DNA of 63,944 nucleotides, filler included, from Octopus bimaculoides (GCF_001194135.2; 5 parts of 5 records of this genome joined end to end with filler, not necessarily neighbours in it); one strand, 5' to 3'. Positions 51,594 through 63,944 are shown, counted from the first letter of the whole stretch. The notes: a model not told the origin generated them from the letters alone. Numbers and translations: made by a program.

Positions 51594-52094
51594 NNNNNNN
51601 NNNNNNNNNNNNNNNNNNNNNNNNNNNNNNNNNNNNNNNNNNNNNNNNNNNNNNNNNNNNNNNNNNNNNNNNNNNNNNNNNNNNNNNNNNNNNNNNNNNN
51701 NNNNNNNNNNNNNNNNNNNNNNNNNNNNNNNNNNNNNNNNNNNNNNNNNNNNNNNNNNNNNNNNNNNNNNNNNNNNNNNNNNNNNNNNNNNNNNNNNNNN
51801 NNNNNNNNNNNNNNNNNNNNNNNNNNNNNNNNNNNNNNNNNNNNNNNNNNNNNNNNNNNNNNNNNNNNNNNNNNNNNNNNNNNNNNNNNNNNNNNNNNNN
51901 NNNNNNNNNNNNNNNNNNNNNNNNNNNNNNNNNNNNNNNNNNNNNNNNNNNNNNNNNNNNNNNNNNNNNNNNNNNNNNNNNNNNNNNNNNNNNNNNNNNN
52001 NNNNNNNNNNNNNNNNNNNNNNNNNNNNNNNNNNNNNNNNNNNNNNNNNNNNNNNNNNNNNNNNNNNNNNNNNNNNNNNNNNNNNNNNNNNNNN

Positions 52095-52127
<33 letters not shown>

Positions 52128-52260
52128 CTCTTGTCATCAGTGAAACGTGTTCAGGGTTGCTCTCAGCGAGATTTGAGAGTCTTTTAGAAATTATTTCATC
52201 TCTCGCACACTCATACATACATAGATACACACACATACACACATACACCTACATATACAT

Positions 52261-52306
<46 letters not shown>

Positions 52307-52603
52307 GTGGCGGTGTCCCAGTATGTCCACTGCTTCTGGTTGAAACCAATAAATGAAACAAATAAATAAAAAATATATATGCATATATATATATGTATAT
52401 GTATGCATGTATGTATGTATGTATGTATGTATGTATATATGCATGTGTGTATATACGTATGTATGTGTGCGTGTGTGTTTGTGTATTCATAAAGTAGAAT
52501 TTAAACCTTAAGTTGCGTGACAAATAGCCAGCATTAAGAACTCCCTGTGTGTTTCCGTTTACGTATTGTAATTGAATCTTTTGTTATGAAATACGGATTG
52601 TCT

Positions 52604-52643
52604 GAGTATTACATAGAGTATTACATAGAGTATTACATAGAGT
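52604..52643. repeat. 12-bp tandem repeat (GAGTATTACATA) x3
   Basis: Direct reading. Confidence 0.9.
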
Positions 52644-52981
52644 CTATGTAGCAAGAAAGAAAAGAAAACGGAGGACACTGCTGATACGATGTTTAATTAC
52701 AACATCTTACGCACGTTTCATTCACATGAGGTTCATTAACATAACTTTATGTTCATCAAACGCACGTAAGACGATGTAACTAGAAATCTTATGAGCAACT
52801 CCTCACACACTCGCGTTTTGTATTGTACACAATGATGATGATGATGATGGTGATGATGGCAACTTTTTCAATAGCATATTATGACAAATTTGTAACTGGA
52901 AGTGACTACAGACGATCAAATTTCCACCCCAAACGAAAGGACCTATCCCTTACCCCGCCATCCATTCACACACACACACAC

Positions 52982-53017
<36 letters not shown>

Positions 53018-55115
53018 ACACATGTAACCAACTCACTCACCGCTCCACTGTCAATGAGCAACAGTGTTCAATGAGTAATTAGAATTATCAATTAATTATT
53101 TATAATTTAAGAAGCNNNNNNNNNNNNNNNNNNNNNNNNNNNNNNNNNNNNNNNNNNNNNNNNNNNNNNNNNNNNNNNNNNNNNNNNNNNNNNNNNNNNN
53201 NNNNNNNNNNNNNNNNNNNNNNNNNNNNNNNNNNNNNNNNNNNNNNNNNNNNNNNNNNNNNNNNNNNNNNNNNNNNNNNNNNNNNNNNNNNNNNNNNNNN
53301 NNNNNNNNNNNNNNNNNNNNNNNNNNNNNNNNNNNNNNNNNNNNNNNNNNNNNNNNNNGGAGAAGGGAGACGAAGGTATGTTTTAATATAGAGGGACAGA
53401 CAGACAGACATGGAGGAGAGAATATATATAAGAGGGCAAAAAGAGGGAGTGTGTGTGTGCGTGTGTAGCCTGTGCGCTTACATGTGTGTTTATGTTGGTA
53501 TTTGTAGAGAGGGAGAGAGAGAGAGAGAAACAAAGACGGAGAGTGTCGGTGTGAGTATGAATGTGTGTGTATGTGTGTAGCTTGTGGGATTATATGTATG
53601 TGTTTGCTTGTGTGTGTGTCAGTAAAAGTGTGACAGACAGACGGACGGACGGACGGAGAGGGGTTGCATACATTTGTGACTTGTCTGAGTGATTATGCGA
53701 GACCCTGTTTATGTTAGCCAGTGCTTACGTGTGTATGCGTAATTGTGTGTGTGTGTGTGTGTATAATGTGTGTATGTGTGTGTGGGTGTGTGTGTGTTCG
53801 ATGACGCATATCTGTGAAGAAAGTAAACATCACAGAGAAAACCAGAATAAAATATTCTTTTCAGACAAAAGACCCTTGTTATCATTGTTCTGTATCGAGT
53901 AACACATACTCCCTTATAACTCTCACCGCCAGTGAACCAATGATTATCCTGTTGGATATTTCTAACCAGTGAATCGAGATAAATATTCTTATTTTGTCCA
54001 CCGAGTTGTGTTCGTGTTGTAATGACTCTTGTGGCTGGTCGAAAGACTGCTGACGGATTATATTTCCATGTGGCTTGGATAGTTAGATGTGATAATATAA
54101 AGCGACGTCCGAGGCAGAGTTACTGCTGGCCGGCAGCTAGGGCATGTATATATTGAGGTGTGATGTTTTTTTCTGTGTGGGTAGTTTAGTTGTGATATTG
54201 TTGTAGCACCTCTCATGTTATCAGGGCTGTTTTTGCGCCTGGATGTGTTTGTATTGCAGTCACTCATTTGGATTGTTTGTATTGAAGTCACTCATAATGT
54301 TTCACTTAGGGAAAGTGTTAACATCTTGTAAGTGATGTGTGTATCCCGATAAAGTGTTAAGGAAGATTAGTATGAGCAAGCATCTGCATGGTTATTGTAT
54401 TATTAATGTATTTTGTATTGCTGGTTTTAAGTATCAATTTAAGGTATCACACGCTAACAAGAAGACCTCTACGTGGACACTCGACTTGCCAGAAATAACA
54501 GACAACTTTCCTCCGTCTTTGTATACACTGGATAACCTTGATGTTTTCAACGTGTGGCGATAGATAAGTAATGCGACGTGTCTGTGCGCATGTGTACGTA
54601 ACGTTTGTGTGAATTTATATATGCGTATACTATTTGTGGCATTTCTGTGTATGTTTGGTTGTATAGATATTTGTGTATATAGGTGTGTGTTTCTGATTAT
54701 AAAAGCCATTTTGTGTGTATATGCGTATATAACTGTTTGTACGTATACAGGTGTGTGCATGTATGTGTCCAAGCAGGTGTGTATGTGTATATGCATGTGT
54801 ATGTGCGTGTGTATCTGTTTAGTTGACAGTATGACATCAACTCTAATTGGCTTAAGATTAGTTAAATGCGTGAAAACGGAAGAAGTGCAAGAGGGGAGAG
54901 AGGGGTACGAAAGAGGAATGAGAGGAGGAAAGGACAGAGAGAAAGAGAGAGGGAGGGAGGTGAGAGGAGACCGGGTGTGTGCATATGTGAGAGAATGAGA
55001 TGGACGTACATGTTGTTCTCTCTTCCTCTTTCTCTCAAACACATTCTCTCTTTTCACGTAAACATGCTAAATAAATATACAATCGTGTATGTGTAAAAAG
55101 TATTTGAGAATTTGT

Positions 55116-55157
<42 letters not shown>

Positions 55158-55980
55158 ACAAGTCACTGTGAATTTTCTGGATACTCAAAGGTAGCAGACG
55201 ACACTGTAAAAAAGTTAAAACAATAACAACATCCGTAAAATAACTAATAACATTTAACAATAATAACGCGATGATGTGATGTTTAAAAGACAAACAACGA
55301 AAAGAAATTAAAAAAAAAGGAAACAGTATTTTTAAAACGCAGGGGAAAAAATGTAAAAAGAAGACAAAAAATGTCTGAAATGTTTCTTTAAGTGAAAAAC
55401 AAAATGGCAGTTTTCACGTTTGTGCCGTTTGTTTGTATTTTTAGTTTATTTTGTTAGTGTTGAAGGGACGTTAGTGATGGAAATTTAATGGCGTATAACA
55501 AACAACAAGAGCAAAGTCACACGGTCTGTGTTGCGAGATGTCAATTCTAAAGAGAATTGCACCCACCGATAAGAACAACAACAACAACAACAATGATGGT
55601 GATGATGATAATGACAGCAGTAATAATAGTGGTGGTGATGATGATAATGGTGATGCTGGCTCTTTGTATTTGCCACAAGAGCAGCGAGATTACAATACGC
55701 GGATGGATATACACATATCGTTTTAATTACTGGTAATCTGTCACACAATTTAAGGGTTAAATTCGACCGTGCGTGCGTGCGTGCGCGTGTGTATGTGTGC
55801 GTGCGTGCGTGTGTGTGTTGAGGATAAATATTCTTTGTTTTGGGGTTAACAAAGCTACCAATGGCTTCATGCAGAGAATTCTCTTCACAGTTATGGGAAC
55901 GTTGGCACACGTCTCCAACTTGGATTCATGTACATGAAACCATTGGTAGCCCTTGCTAACTCACGAATAAACTAAGTGTT

Positions 55981-56017
<37 letters not shown>

Positions 56018-56453
56018 TTATTTATTTATTTACACACACACACACGTTGCAGGTTTACCCATTTTTGCCGGCTGAATAAACCGGAGTAACAACAGGAAGT
56101 GGTGTGTTTTATTCAAGAACACAAAATCGTCGCCCAGTCCAAGAATCGAAGCCATGTGTGCAACACTCTATCCATTTTATTTAACCGTCACCTCTACATA
56201 TGCACACGCACACAGACACATACACGCGCGCGCGCGCACGCACACATGCACACACATGCACACACACACAAATACTCACGCACACACGCACGCATGCATA
56301 CAGTACTTGATGGTAAATATTCACACAAGACTGCGAAGAGAATTGTCATTGCAGTCATCAGATAGACTCGAAAACAAGGAACCTCCATGAAACACACTTT
56401 ACAGAAGTTAAAAGAGAGCTGAAAATACTATAAAATAACCACAAGAACTAAGC

Positions 56454-56550
56454 TTATCTCTGTGGACAGTAAAAGTGGCAGCCTGTCGCCAGTGAAATCC
56501 TATAATTGTGATTAGTCCTTTGATCTTTACTTTTCTGTCCACAGAGATAA
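56454..56550. repeat. Short inverted repeat (MITE-like)
   Basis: TTATCTCTGTGGACAG / CTGTCCACAGAGATAA, a perfect 16 bp, extended by AAAAGT/ACTTTT. Confidence 0.75.
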
Positions 56551-56855
56551 TGTTTTTCAAGAAGAGTTTTTACAATCGTTTGTTCAAAGGCATTGGAGAA
56601 TATAATCTGTGGATTTGAAAGTTAAAGAAAACCACACAGGCACACAGTGAATTCTCTGTTAATATACATTAATCTATACACATACAACTATACATACGCA
56701 TACATATTATAGATATATGCATATATGCAAACATACAAATACACACACATACACACGCACACATAGATACATTTAGCTGTCGAGTAAGTTATCGTAAACG
56801 AGAAGTCATTCATATTATGTAACAGACACGTTATTATTATCATTATTATTATTGA

Positions 56856-57025
56856 TGTATTTCGCCCATCTTCACGTTCTAATTTCAAATTCCGCTGAGG
56901 TCGACTTTGCCTTTCCTCTTTTCGAGATCAATAAATTAAGTAACAGTGAAACACTGGGGTCGATGTAATCGATTAGCCCCCTCCCTCAAAATTTCAGACT
57001 TTGTACCTAGAGTAGAAAGGATTAT
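56856..57025 (+). mobile_element. SINE family A copy (5' truncated)
   Basis: TTCAAATTCCGCTGAGGTCGACTTTGCC..CACTGGGGTCGATGTAATCGA. Confidence 0.87.
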
Positions 57026-57075
57026 CATTATTACTGTTGATGTCTATATTTTATCATACTCTCAAAAACAAGTGT

Positions 57076-57133
57076 TGTCACCGAACGGTTTCGTGTTAAA
57101 TATGGAGAGGTAATATTTAGCAATCATCGGACA
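57076..57133 (-). ncRNA. Strongly decayed hammerhead-like motif
   Basis: Minus strand: TGT-CCGATGA-t-TG-c-TAAATAT...ATATTTA-a-CA-c-GAAA-CCG-tt-CGG-T-G-ACA. Three core deviations. Confidence 0.4.
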
Positions 57134-57284
57134 TACCTGAATCGCTACATATGTGAGTGCGTGTGAGTGTGTGTGTGTGTGTATGTATGTATATAGTGAG
57201 AATTTACAAAAGAAACAAAAGACAAAGACGGGTGTGTAAACAACAAACAGATATATTAGTTTAACACTCGGGAAGTGAGAAAGT

Positions 57285-57320
57285 CTTTTACGTTTCGAGC
57301 CTACGCACTTCGACAGAAAG
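57285..57320 (-). ncRNA. Minimal hammerhead-like motif (A6->U) in a pseudo-LTR-like repeat
   Basis: Minus strand: CTTT-CTGTCGA-A-GTGC-gtag-GCTC-GAA-ACGT-A-AAAG. Confidence 0.6.
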
Positions 57321-57467
57321 GAACACAGAAATAAACAGGGAGAGAAAATAGAAAAGTACGTTATTATTATCATCATTATTATTGATGTATTTCGCCCGTC
57401 TTCACGATCTAAGTTCAAATTCCACTGAGGTCGACTTATATATATACATATATACATATATATATAT

Positions 57468-57508
<41 letters not shown>

Positions 57509-57528
57509 CATTCACACATACACACACT

Positions 57529-57567
<39 letters not shown>

Positions 57568-58341
57568 TCATACATATATATATATATATGTATGAAGCAC
57601 AGAATAGCTTATATACACACGCCCACATATTAATTCCATATTATGTAATTCGTATTTGGTAATTCCATAGGAAAGAAATATGGTCTTAGATATTCCGACT
57701 AATTCGCTGTCTTTGTATTCTATATTTTATAGTCTTTGACAGAAAAAGGAAGAAATAATATCTAAATATAATCATCGGAGTATATGAATGGTGTGTTGTT
57801 GTTATTGATGTTGCTGTCAGTGGCGGAGCAGCGGGTAGGGGTGGGGGGGANNNNNNNNNNNNNNNNNNNNNNNNNNNNNNNNNNNNNNNNNNNNNNNNNN
57901 NNNNNNNNNNNNNNNNNNNNNNNNNNNNNNNNNNNNNNNNNNNNNNNNNNNNNNNNNNNNNNNNNNNNNNNNNNNNNNNNNNNNNNNNNNNNNNNNNNNN
58001 NNNNNNNNNNNNNNNNNNNNNNNNNNNNNNNNNNNNNNNNNNNNNNNNNNNNNNNNNNNNNNNNNNNNNNNNNNNNNNNNNNNNNNNNNNNNNNNNNNNN
58101 NNNNNNNNNNNNNNNNNNNNNNNNNNNNNNNNNNNNNNNNNNNNNNNNNNNNNNNNNNNNNNNNNNNNNNNNNNNNNNNNNNNNNNNNNNNNNNNNNNNN
58201 NNNNNNNNNNNNNNNNNNNNNNNNNNNNNNNNNNNNNNNNNNNNNNNNNNNNNNNNNNNNNNNNNNNNNNNNNNNNNNNNNNNNNNNNNNNNNNNNNNNN
58301 NNNNNNNNNNNNNNNNNNNNNNNNNNNNNNNNNNNNNNNNN

Positions 58342-58545
58342 GCGAGAGAGAGAGAGAGAGAGAGAGGGAGGGAGCAAGAACAAGCGAGAGAGAGAGAGGG
58401 AGCAAGAACAAGCAAGAGAGAGAGAGAGGGAGCAAGAACAAGCGAGAGAGAGAGAGAGGGAGGGAGCAAGAACAAGCGAGAGAGAGAGAGAGAGAGGGAG
58501 GGAGCAAGAACAAGCGAGAAAGAGAGAGAGAGGGAGGGAGCAATA
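58342..58545. repeat. Minisatellite: (GA)n-GGAGCAAGAACAAGC, 5 full units plus 1 partial
   Basis: Direct reading. Continues into a gap. Confidence 0.92.
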
Positions 58546-58591
58546 GTGAGGGAGTTAAGACGAAGTCGAGAACAAGAGGAACAAATTTCAA

Positions 58592-58623
58592 CCAATCACT
58601 AGTCATGTGACTAGTCATGTGAC
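58592..58623. promoter_or_regulatory. CCAAT box followed by two tandem GTCATGTGAC E-box/M-box motifs
   Basis: CCAAT 58592-96, GTCATGTGAC 58602-11 and 58614-23. GC box GGGGCGG at 58972. Confidence 0.5.
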
Positions 58624-59864
58624 AGAATGACAGAATCTCCGTAGAATGAGATGTACATATGTCTATGAATGTGTGTGTGTGTACACACATACACACACAC
58701 ATACATATACATATGTATGTGTGTATATATATTTATAGAGAGAGTGAGAGTGATGGAGAGAGAGAGAAAAACAGAAAGAGAGAGAAATGTGCATGTGGTG
58801 TACATATATTTGTGTGGTGTGTGTGTGACTGCGCGCATTTGTGAGAGTGTGTGTGTGTATGTGTGTGTATGTGTGCGTTTGTGTGAGTGTGTGTGCCTGT
58901 GTGTGACAGAGAGTTGATATTACTGGAGTGAAAAGGAAAGTGAGGATGAAGACGAGGGAGGGCAAGGGGAGGGGGCGGAACCGCATCAGATAATAAGGAA
59001 GAATATCTAAAAAGAATTAAGAGAAAATAGCAAGATTTTGGTTAAAATTCTTACCTTGTAATTTAAGCATTGTCTTTGAAATGAGATTGTTAGTTAGAAG
59101 TGGAATATTCTTCAATTAGTAATCTTCGAAATATTTCAGATTTCACCAAAACATTTTCGACCATTCATCTTTTTCTATTTTCGTTTTATCCATCTTTTAT
59201 CCTGCATTTTCGCATTTTTTTTTTTTTGCATATTTTTATCGTATATTTTCATGTCTCTTCTGTTATATTTTCGTGTCTTTTATCCTATATTTTCGTGTCT
59301 ATTCTCTATATTCTTCGGTTGCTTTACTCTTTGTAGAAGTTTCCCCTGCAAATTCTAGGTTTCATCTTTTGTTCTATTTATTTCTTTTCTTCCAATATTA
59401 TCTCTGTTATTTCAATTTCCATGTTTGTTTGTTTTTTTGTTTTACTATTCTCTTCATGTCGCTAATCTTGGTCCTTCTATTATCGTATCTTTACTGTTTT
59501 ATCTTTTCTTCGATTCATTCTTACTTTCACATCGTACACTCCCTCTGTCCCTACCTCCTCCTCTTCTGTCACCTTTATTCCTTTTATTTTTCTCTCTTTC
59601 TCTTTCTCGTCTTTTTTTCCCAAAACTTATTCTTATTTCTTTCTCCATCATTTCATATTTTCCCATTTCTCTTCTTTTTTCTCTTATGCTGATTTTATTC
59701 CTTCACTCCATTATTTTTTTCCTACTCCATTCCCTTCCTTGATCCATTTTGACACTAACCCCCTAATTCTTTAGGGTCTATTCTGTACGGTCGGAGGATA
59801 AATTGCTCCCATCACTCACCAAGACTTTGCAAAGGGGGAAGGACGATGACCCCCCACCCACCCA

Positions 59865-60094
59865 GGAGTTCTTTTCTTATCAGATCGATCAGAGTGAGTT
59901 TTCGAGCCGCTGTACCTTCGTGTCGTTTCCAAACTTCTGGCAGAGTGAACTGCGTCATGGTGGTACTTTTCCCCTACACGGTGCCCAACTGAACCTACTA
60001 TCCTGTGTAGTCAACAAAATCAAAAGCAAACAATGCGAATGCACGAAATTGAAAAATATTAAATGGATGGCAACAATTTACCCATCGCACCCTG
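59865..60094 (-). mobile_element. 5' end fragment of a Tc1/mariner-superfamily transposon
   Basis: TA|CAGGGTGCGATGGGTAAATTG terminus against (TA)n, followed by MTQFTLPEVWKRH. Confidence 0.55.
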
Positions 60095-60215
60095 TATATA
60101 TATATATATATATATATANNNNNNNNNNNNNNNNNNNNNNNNNNNNNNNNNNNNNNNNNNNNNNNNTGTGTGTGTGTGTGTGTGTGTGTGTATTTGTGTG
60201 TGTGTATACGTATAC

Positions 60216-60267
<52 letters not shown>

Positions 60268-60564
60268 ACACACACAAATACACACGCATATACATATATA
60301 CATGCATATATAAAGACATTTTTATATATAGTAATCAACTGCTATAACTTAAGGGTGACTACATCAGATCTAAAACAGGGCTGTATTTAACACGATAACA
60401 TCGATTGGGGTGGCATAACAAGAGGTGGGGCTGCTTATGTTTCATGCTTTGTCTTTTTAAATATAATTTTTTTTGTTTTTCCTTTTATTCCGTAATCGAA
60501 GAGCAGGGTGGTGGTTAAACAAAACACCACAAAACATATATATGCTTGTGTGTATTTTTATATA

Positions 60565-60755
60565 TACTCTTTTACTCTTTTACTTGTTTCAGTCTTTTGA
60601 CTGTGGCCATGCTGGAGCACCGCCTTTTTAGTCGAGCAAATCGACCCCAGGACTTATTCTTTAGAAGCCTAGTACTTATTCTATCGGTCTCTTTTTGCTG
60701 AACCGCTAAGTTACGGGGACATAAACACACCAGCTTCGGTTGTCAAGCGATGTTA
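60565..60755 (-). mobile_element. SINE family B 3' half
   Basis: Reverse complement of 33231-33414. Confidence 0.92.
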
Positions 60756-61679
60756 NNNNNNNNNNNNNNNNNNNNNNNNNNNNNNNNNNNNNNNNNNNNT
60801 TAATTAATTAANNNNNNNNNNNNNNNNNNNNNNNNNNNNNNNNNNNNNNNNNNNNATGGTTGTACATTTACAGATTTTTATTCATATGTCATGTTTTATA
60901 AATTACCGCTTTCACCTAGTCTTGTAGGGTTTTCAAATTTATACATATATATGTATATATATATATATTAGTATATGCTGTATATATATGCGGAGTAGTG
61001 TGCGAAAAAATGCACACAAACTTCCCATTTCGGTCGTACATACATACATATACATCCATACATGTGTGTGGGGGGTGTATACGAGTACTTCTGCGTCTAC
61101 ATTAACTGGCCATATTTCACCTTTAATAATCATAAGTCTATATTCGTTCATACTTTTATCTTTTTACTTTCCCATTCACATAGCTTACAACATCCTTATC
61201 GTTATTTTACCCATTATATTCTCTTCATTCATTACATCATTTTGTTTCTTTGTGCCTTCTCTTTCTTTTTATTCTTCTTTTCATTCCTTTATTGCTGTAA
61301 TTTTTAAAAAGAAACATCTTAGTTTGTTTATTAAAATTTACGTCTCACGTAACTGCCTTTACCCATAAAGCCCTAACGGAAGTTGTTTGCCAAATTTCAT
61401 GTTACGTAAACAAGTTCTTAATCACGTTGAGTAAACAAATTAAATCTTATGAAAATCTAATTAAACTCTAATTAAGACTTTAAACACGAGCCTTCTGAAT
61501 TCTAATCAATAGTTTATATGCACACACACATACATACATAAATACATACATACATACATACATACGCGCACACGTACATACACATATGTATATAAATACA
61601 TACATATATAAGTATATATACACATATATATGTATGGATACACATATATACTACTAAATATAGTATATATATATATTTC

Positions 61680-61728
<49 letters not shown>

Positions 61729-62290
61729 NNNNNNNNNNNNNNNNNNNNNNNNNNNNNNNNNNNNNNNNNNNNNNNNNNNNNNNNNNNNNNNNNNNNNNNN
61801 NNNNNNNNNNNNNNNNNNNNNNNNNNNNNNNNNNNNNNNNNNNNNNNNNNNNNNNNNNNNNNNNNNNNNNNNNNNNNNNNNNNNNNNNNNNNNNNNNNNN
61901 NNNNNNNNNNNNNNNNNNNNNNNNNNNNNNNNNNNNNNNNNNNNNNNNNNNNNNNNNNNNNNNNNNNNNNNNNNNNNNNNNNNNNNNNNNNNNNNNNNNN
62001 NNNNNNNNNNNNNNNNNNNNNNNNNNNNNNNNNNNNNNNNNNNNNNNNNNNNNNNNNNNNNNNNNNNNNNNNNNNNNNNNNNNNNNNNNNNNNNNNNNNN
62101 NNNNNNNNNNNNNNNNNNNNNNNNNNNNNNNNNNNNNNNNNNNNNNNNNNNNNNNNNNNNNNNNNNNNNNNNNNNNNNNNNNNNNNNNNNNATATATATA
62201 TATATATATATACATGTATGTATGTACATGTATATATGTATATATATGCATGCGTATGTATATATATATTCTTTATTCTTTATAGTTTGA

Positions 62291-62458
62291 ATTGTTTCAG
62301 TCTTTCGACCGCCCTCATGCTGGAGCACTGCATGGAAGAACTTCCTCGACCAATTCGTCTCCAATATTTAATTCGAGTACAGGGCTTAATTATTCTGTCG
62401 GCCTCTTCTTGCCGAGCGGCTAATGTTACGGGGTCAAGCCATCATCGGTTGTCATAAG
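62291..62458 (-). mobile_element. Degenerate SINE family B 3' half
   Basis: TGTTTCAGTC..CATGCTGGAGCAC..GCCGAGCGGCTAATGTTACGGGG. Confidence 0.7.
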
Positions 62459-62589
62459 GTTAGATACACACGCAAGGACGTGCGGACACGTACACACACG
62501 CATACATACACATACACAATATATATATATATATATATATTTGTGTGTGTCAGTGTGTGTATACATACATACATGTATATGTACGTACG

Positions 62590-62626
<37 letters not shown>

Positions 62627-62709
62627 GTGTGTGTGTACATGTATATATATATATGTATGTATGTATGTATGAATGTATGCATGCATGTATGTATGTATGT
62701 ATATACACA

Positions 62710-62790
62710 TACAAGCAGGTGCTAAAAAGTTCCTGACTTTGGGTAAAAGAAAATACAGGAAGATCAATTTATTATGATTTTATTCAACAT
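62710..62790. mobile_element. Possible mariner-type terminal fragment
   Basis: TA-flanked CAAGCAGGTGCTAAAAAGTTCCTG resembles mariner TIRs I recall. Not verifiable within the window. Confidence 0.4.
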
Positions 62791-62938
62791 ATTCTGCCAA
62801 ATCAGATTGGAGCCTGGTGTAGCCATCTGGTTTCACCANNNNNNNNNNNNNNNNNNNNNNNNNNNNNNNNNNNNNNNNNNNNTTAATTAATTAANNNNNN
62901 NNNNNNNNNNNNNNNNNNNNNNNNNNNNNNNNNNNNNN

Positions 62939-63845
62939 CTGGTGATAGACCTTGGATGGTTACTAAAAGGGCTTATGTACCTAAGATTACTTGATTGTTT
63001 ATGGAAAGGAAAGTGTGTGTTGCTATGTAAGTCTAAAGTTACGTCTAGAAAGTTGGCTACGGAGACCTCATCGTCAAAAACGATACCAAAAACCCATTCT
63101 CCGGAAGAATCTAGCTAATCTATTTTTAACCTTTTGGATGTGCTGAGTAGTAACATTATGGAGGTATAGCAGACAATCATCTCTGTATAGACCTACATTA
63201 ATGTTTGGGAACTGGTCTGCCATTTCATATAATATATACGAACAAACTACATCAGCTATTTGAATTGAATCCGAACTTCCCATAGGAATGTCAAAAGCCC
63301 TCCGGAGTATCCCTACAAATCCATAGCTTATTGTTAAATTTTATAATTGATTTTTGAGCCGTTAATATTACATTAATTTCATCCCTAGAAAGACCTGCCT
63401 TATTATGGGTGAACCATAGTGCCTTATTAAGGATAATGGGGTTAATTGATGAGTAGAAACTAGAGATGTCGAACTGTATAAATTTGGTATTACTCTTGTC
63501 TTTAATTGAATTAAACCATTCTATTACCTGAGAAGAATTAGACCATAGTCTTAGTTTTAACTTATCTACTATTGTAGGTATGTATTTGTCCAGAATGTAT
63601 TTGCTAAGAACGCCTATGTCTGATCTAGAGGGACAAATAAGGTGTAGAGAAGGGTTGGACCAAAAAAAATTTTTTGTGGTCCTTAAGAACAAAGCGAGGT
63701 TGTTTAGGGTCCAAAGGTTCAGTTCTATCTTGCAGGTTAAATTTGATCATAATTTCTTTAGCTTCCAGATTAGCTTTCCGGAGAATATTACTATTGGTAG
63801 TCTTATAATTTTTTTCTATTTCTTTTTTCAGTAATTCCATGTATT
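62939..63845 (-). mobile_element. Penelope-like element reverse transcriptase pseudogene, copy 2
   Basis: FVLKDHKK, LWSNSSQVIEWFNSI, FIQFDISSFY, PMGSSDSIQIAD, GLYRDDCL (intact YRDD) and ANFLDVTLDL..PFHK..YISPFSNHPRSI. At least three frameshifts. Confidence 0.92.
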
Positions 63846-63868
63846 TTTATACAGTTTGTATTGGTCAT

Positions 63869-63944
63869 TTCGGCAGGGAACACTGACGGGGTCGGGGGGC
63901 GTAGGAATACTTCTAGCAGAGAAATGGGTTGATAAGGTAATCGA
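63869..63944 (+). mobile_element. RTE-type LINE APE endonuclease fragment running off the window
   Basis: AGNTDGVG / GVGILLAEKWVDKVI with a one-base frameshift in the G run, matching the GVG(I/F)L(L/V) motif of APE endonucleases. Confidence 0.75.

Noticed and set aside
58342-58545. CRISPR-like repeat-spacer array
   Set aside because: The intervening sequences are only (GA)n, not unique spacers. The context is eukaryotic with no cas genes.
59803-60390. 195-aa plus ORF
   Set aside because: It is antisense to a transposon 5' end and then runs through microsatellite and N.

Overview
AT-rich, repeat-dense eukaryotic DNA with many N gaps. The SINE families, the density of (CA)/(TA)/(GA) microsatellites and the gap style suggest a draft octopus (coleoid cephalopod) assembly; this is an inference, not a database match. 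I recognise no host protein-coding exon, rRNA, tRNA or CRISPR array. Most ORFs in the track are microsatellite read-throughs. The window holds decayed mobile elements: two Penelope-like (PLE) reverse transcriptase pseudogenes, two mariner copies, Tc1/mariner fragments, two RTE-LINE fragments, many tRNA-derived SINEs and foldback/MITE-like elements. It also holds a few motif-rich candidate cis-regulatory islands. The main unexplained signal is a set of about a dozen type I hammerhead ribozyme (HHR) motifs, intact or decayed. Three homologous pairs sit head-to-head as inverted repeats (8.8-9.1, 33.0-33.1 and 45.1-45.3 kb). The 33 kb palindrome has an intact catalytic core on both strands. A GC-rich extended HHR at 1313-1378 is perfect except for an A15.1:C16.1 mismatch, which A-to-I editing could in principle rescue (speculative). 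All folds were done by eye.
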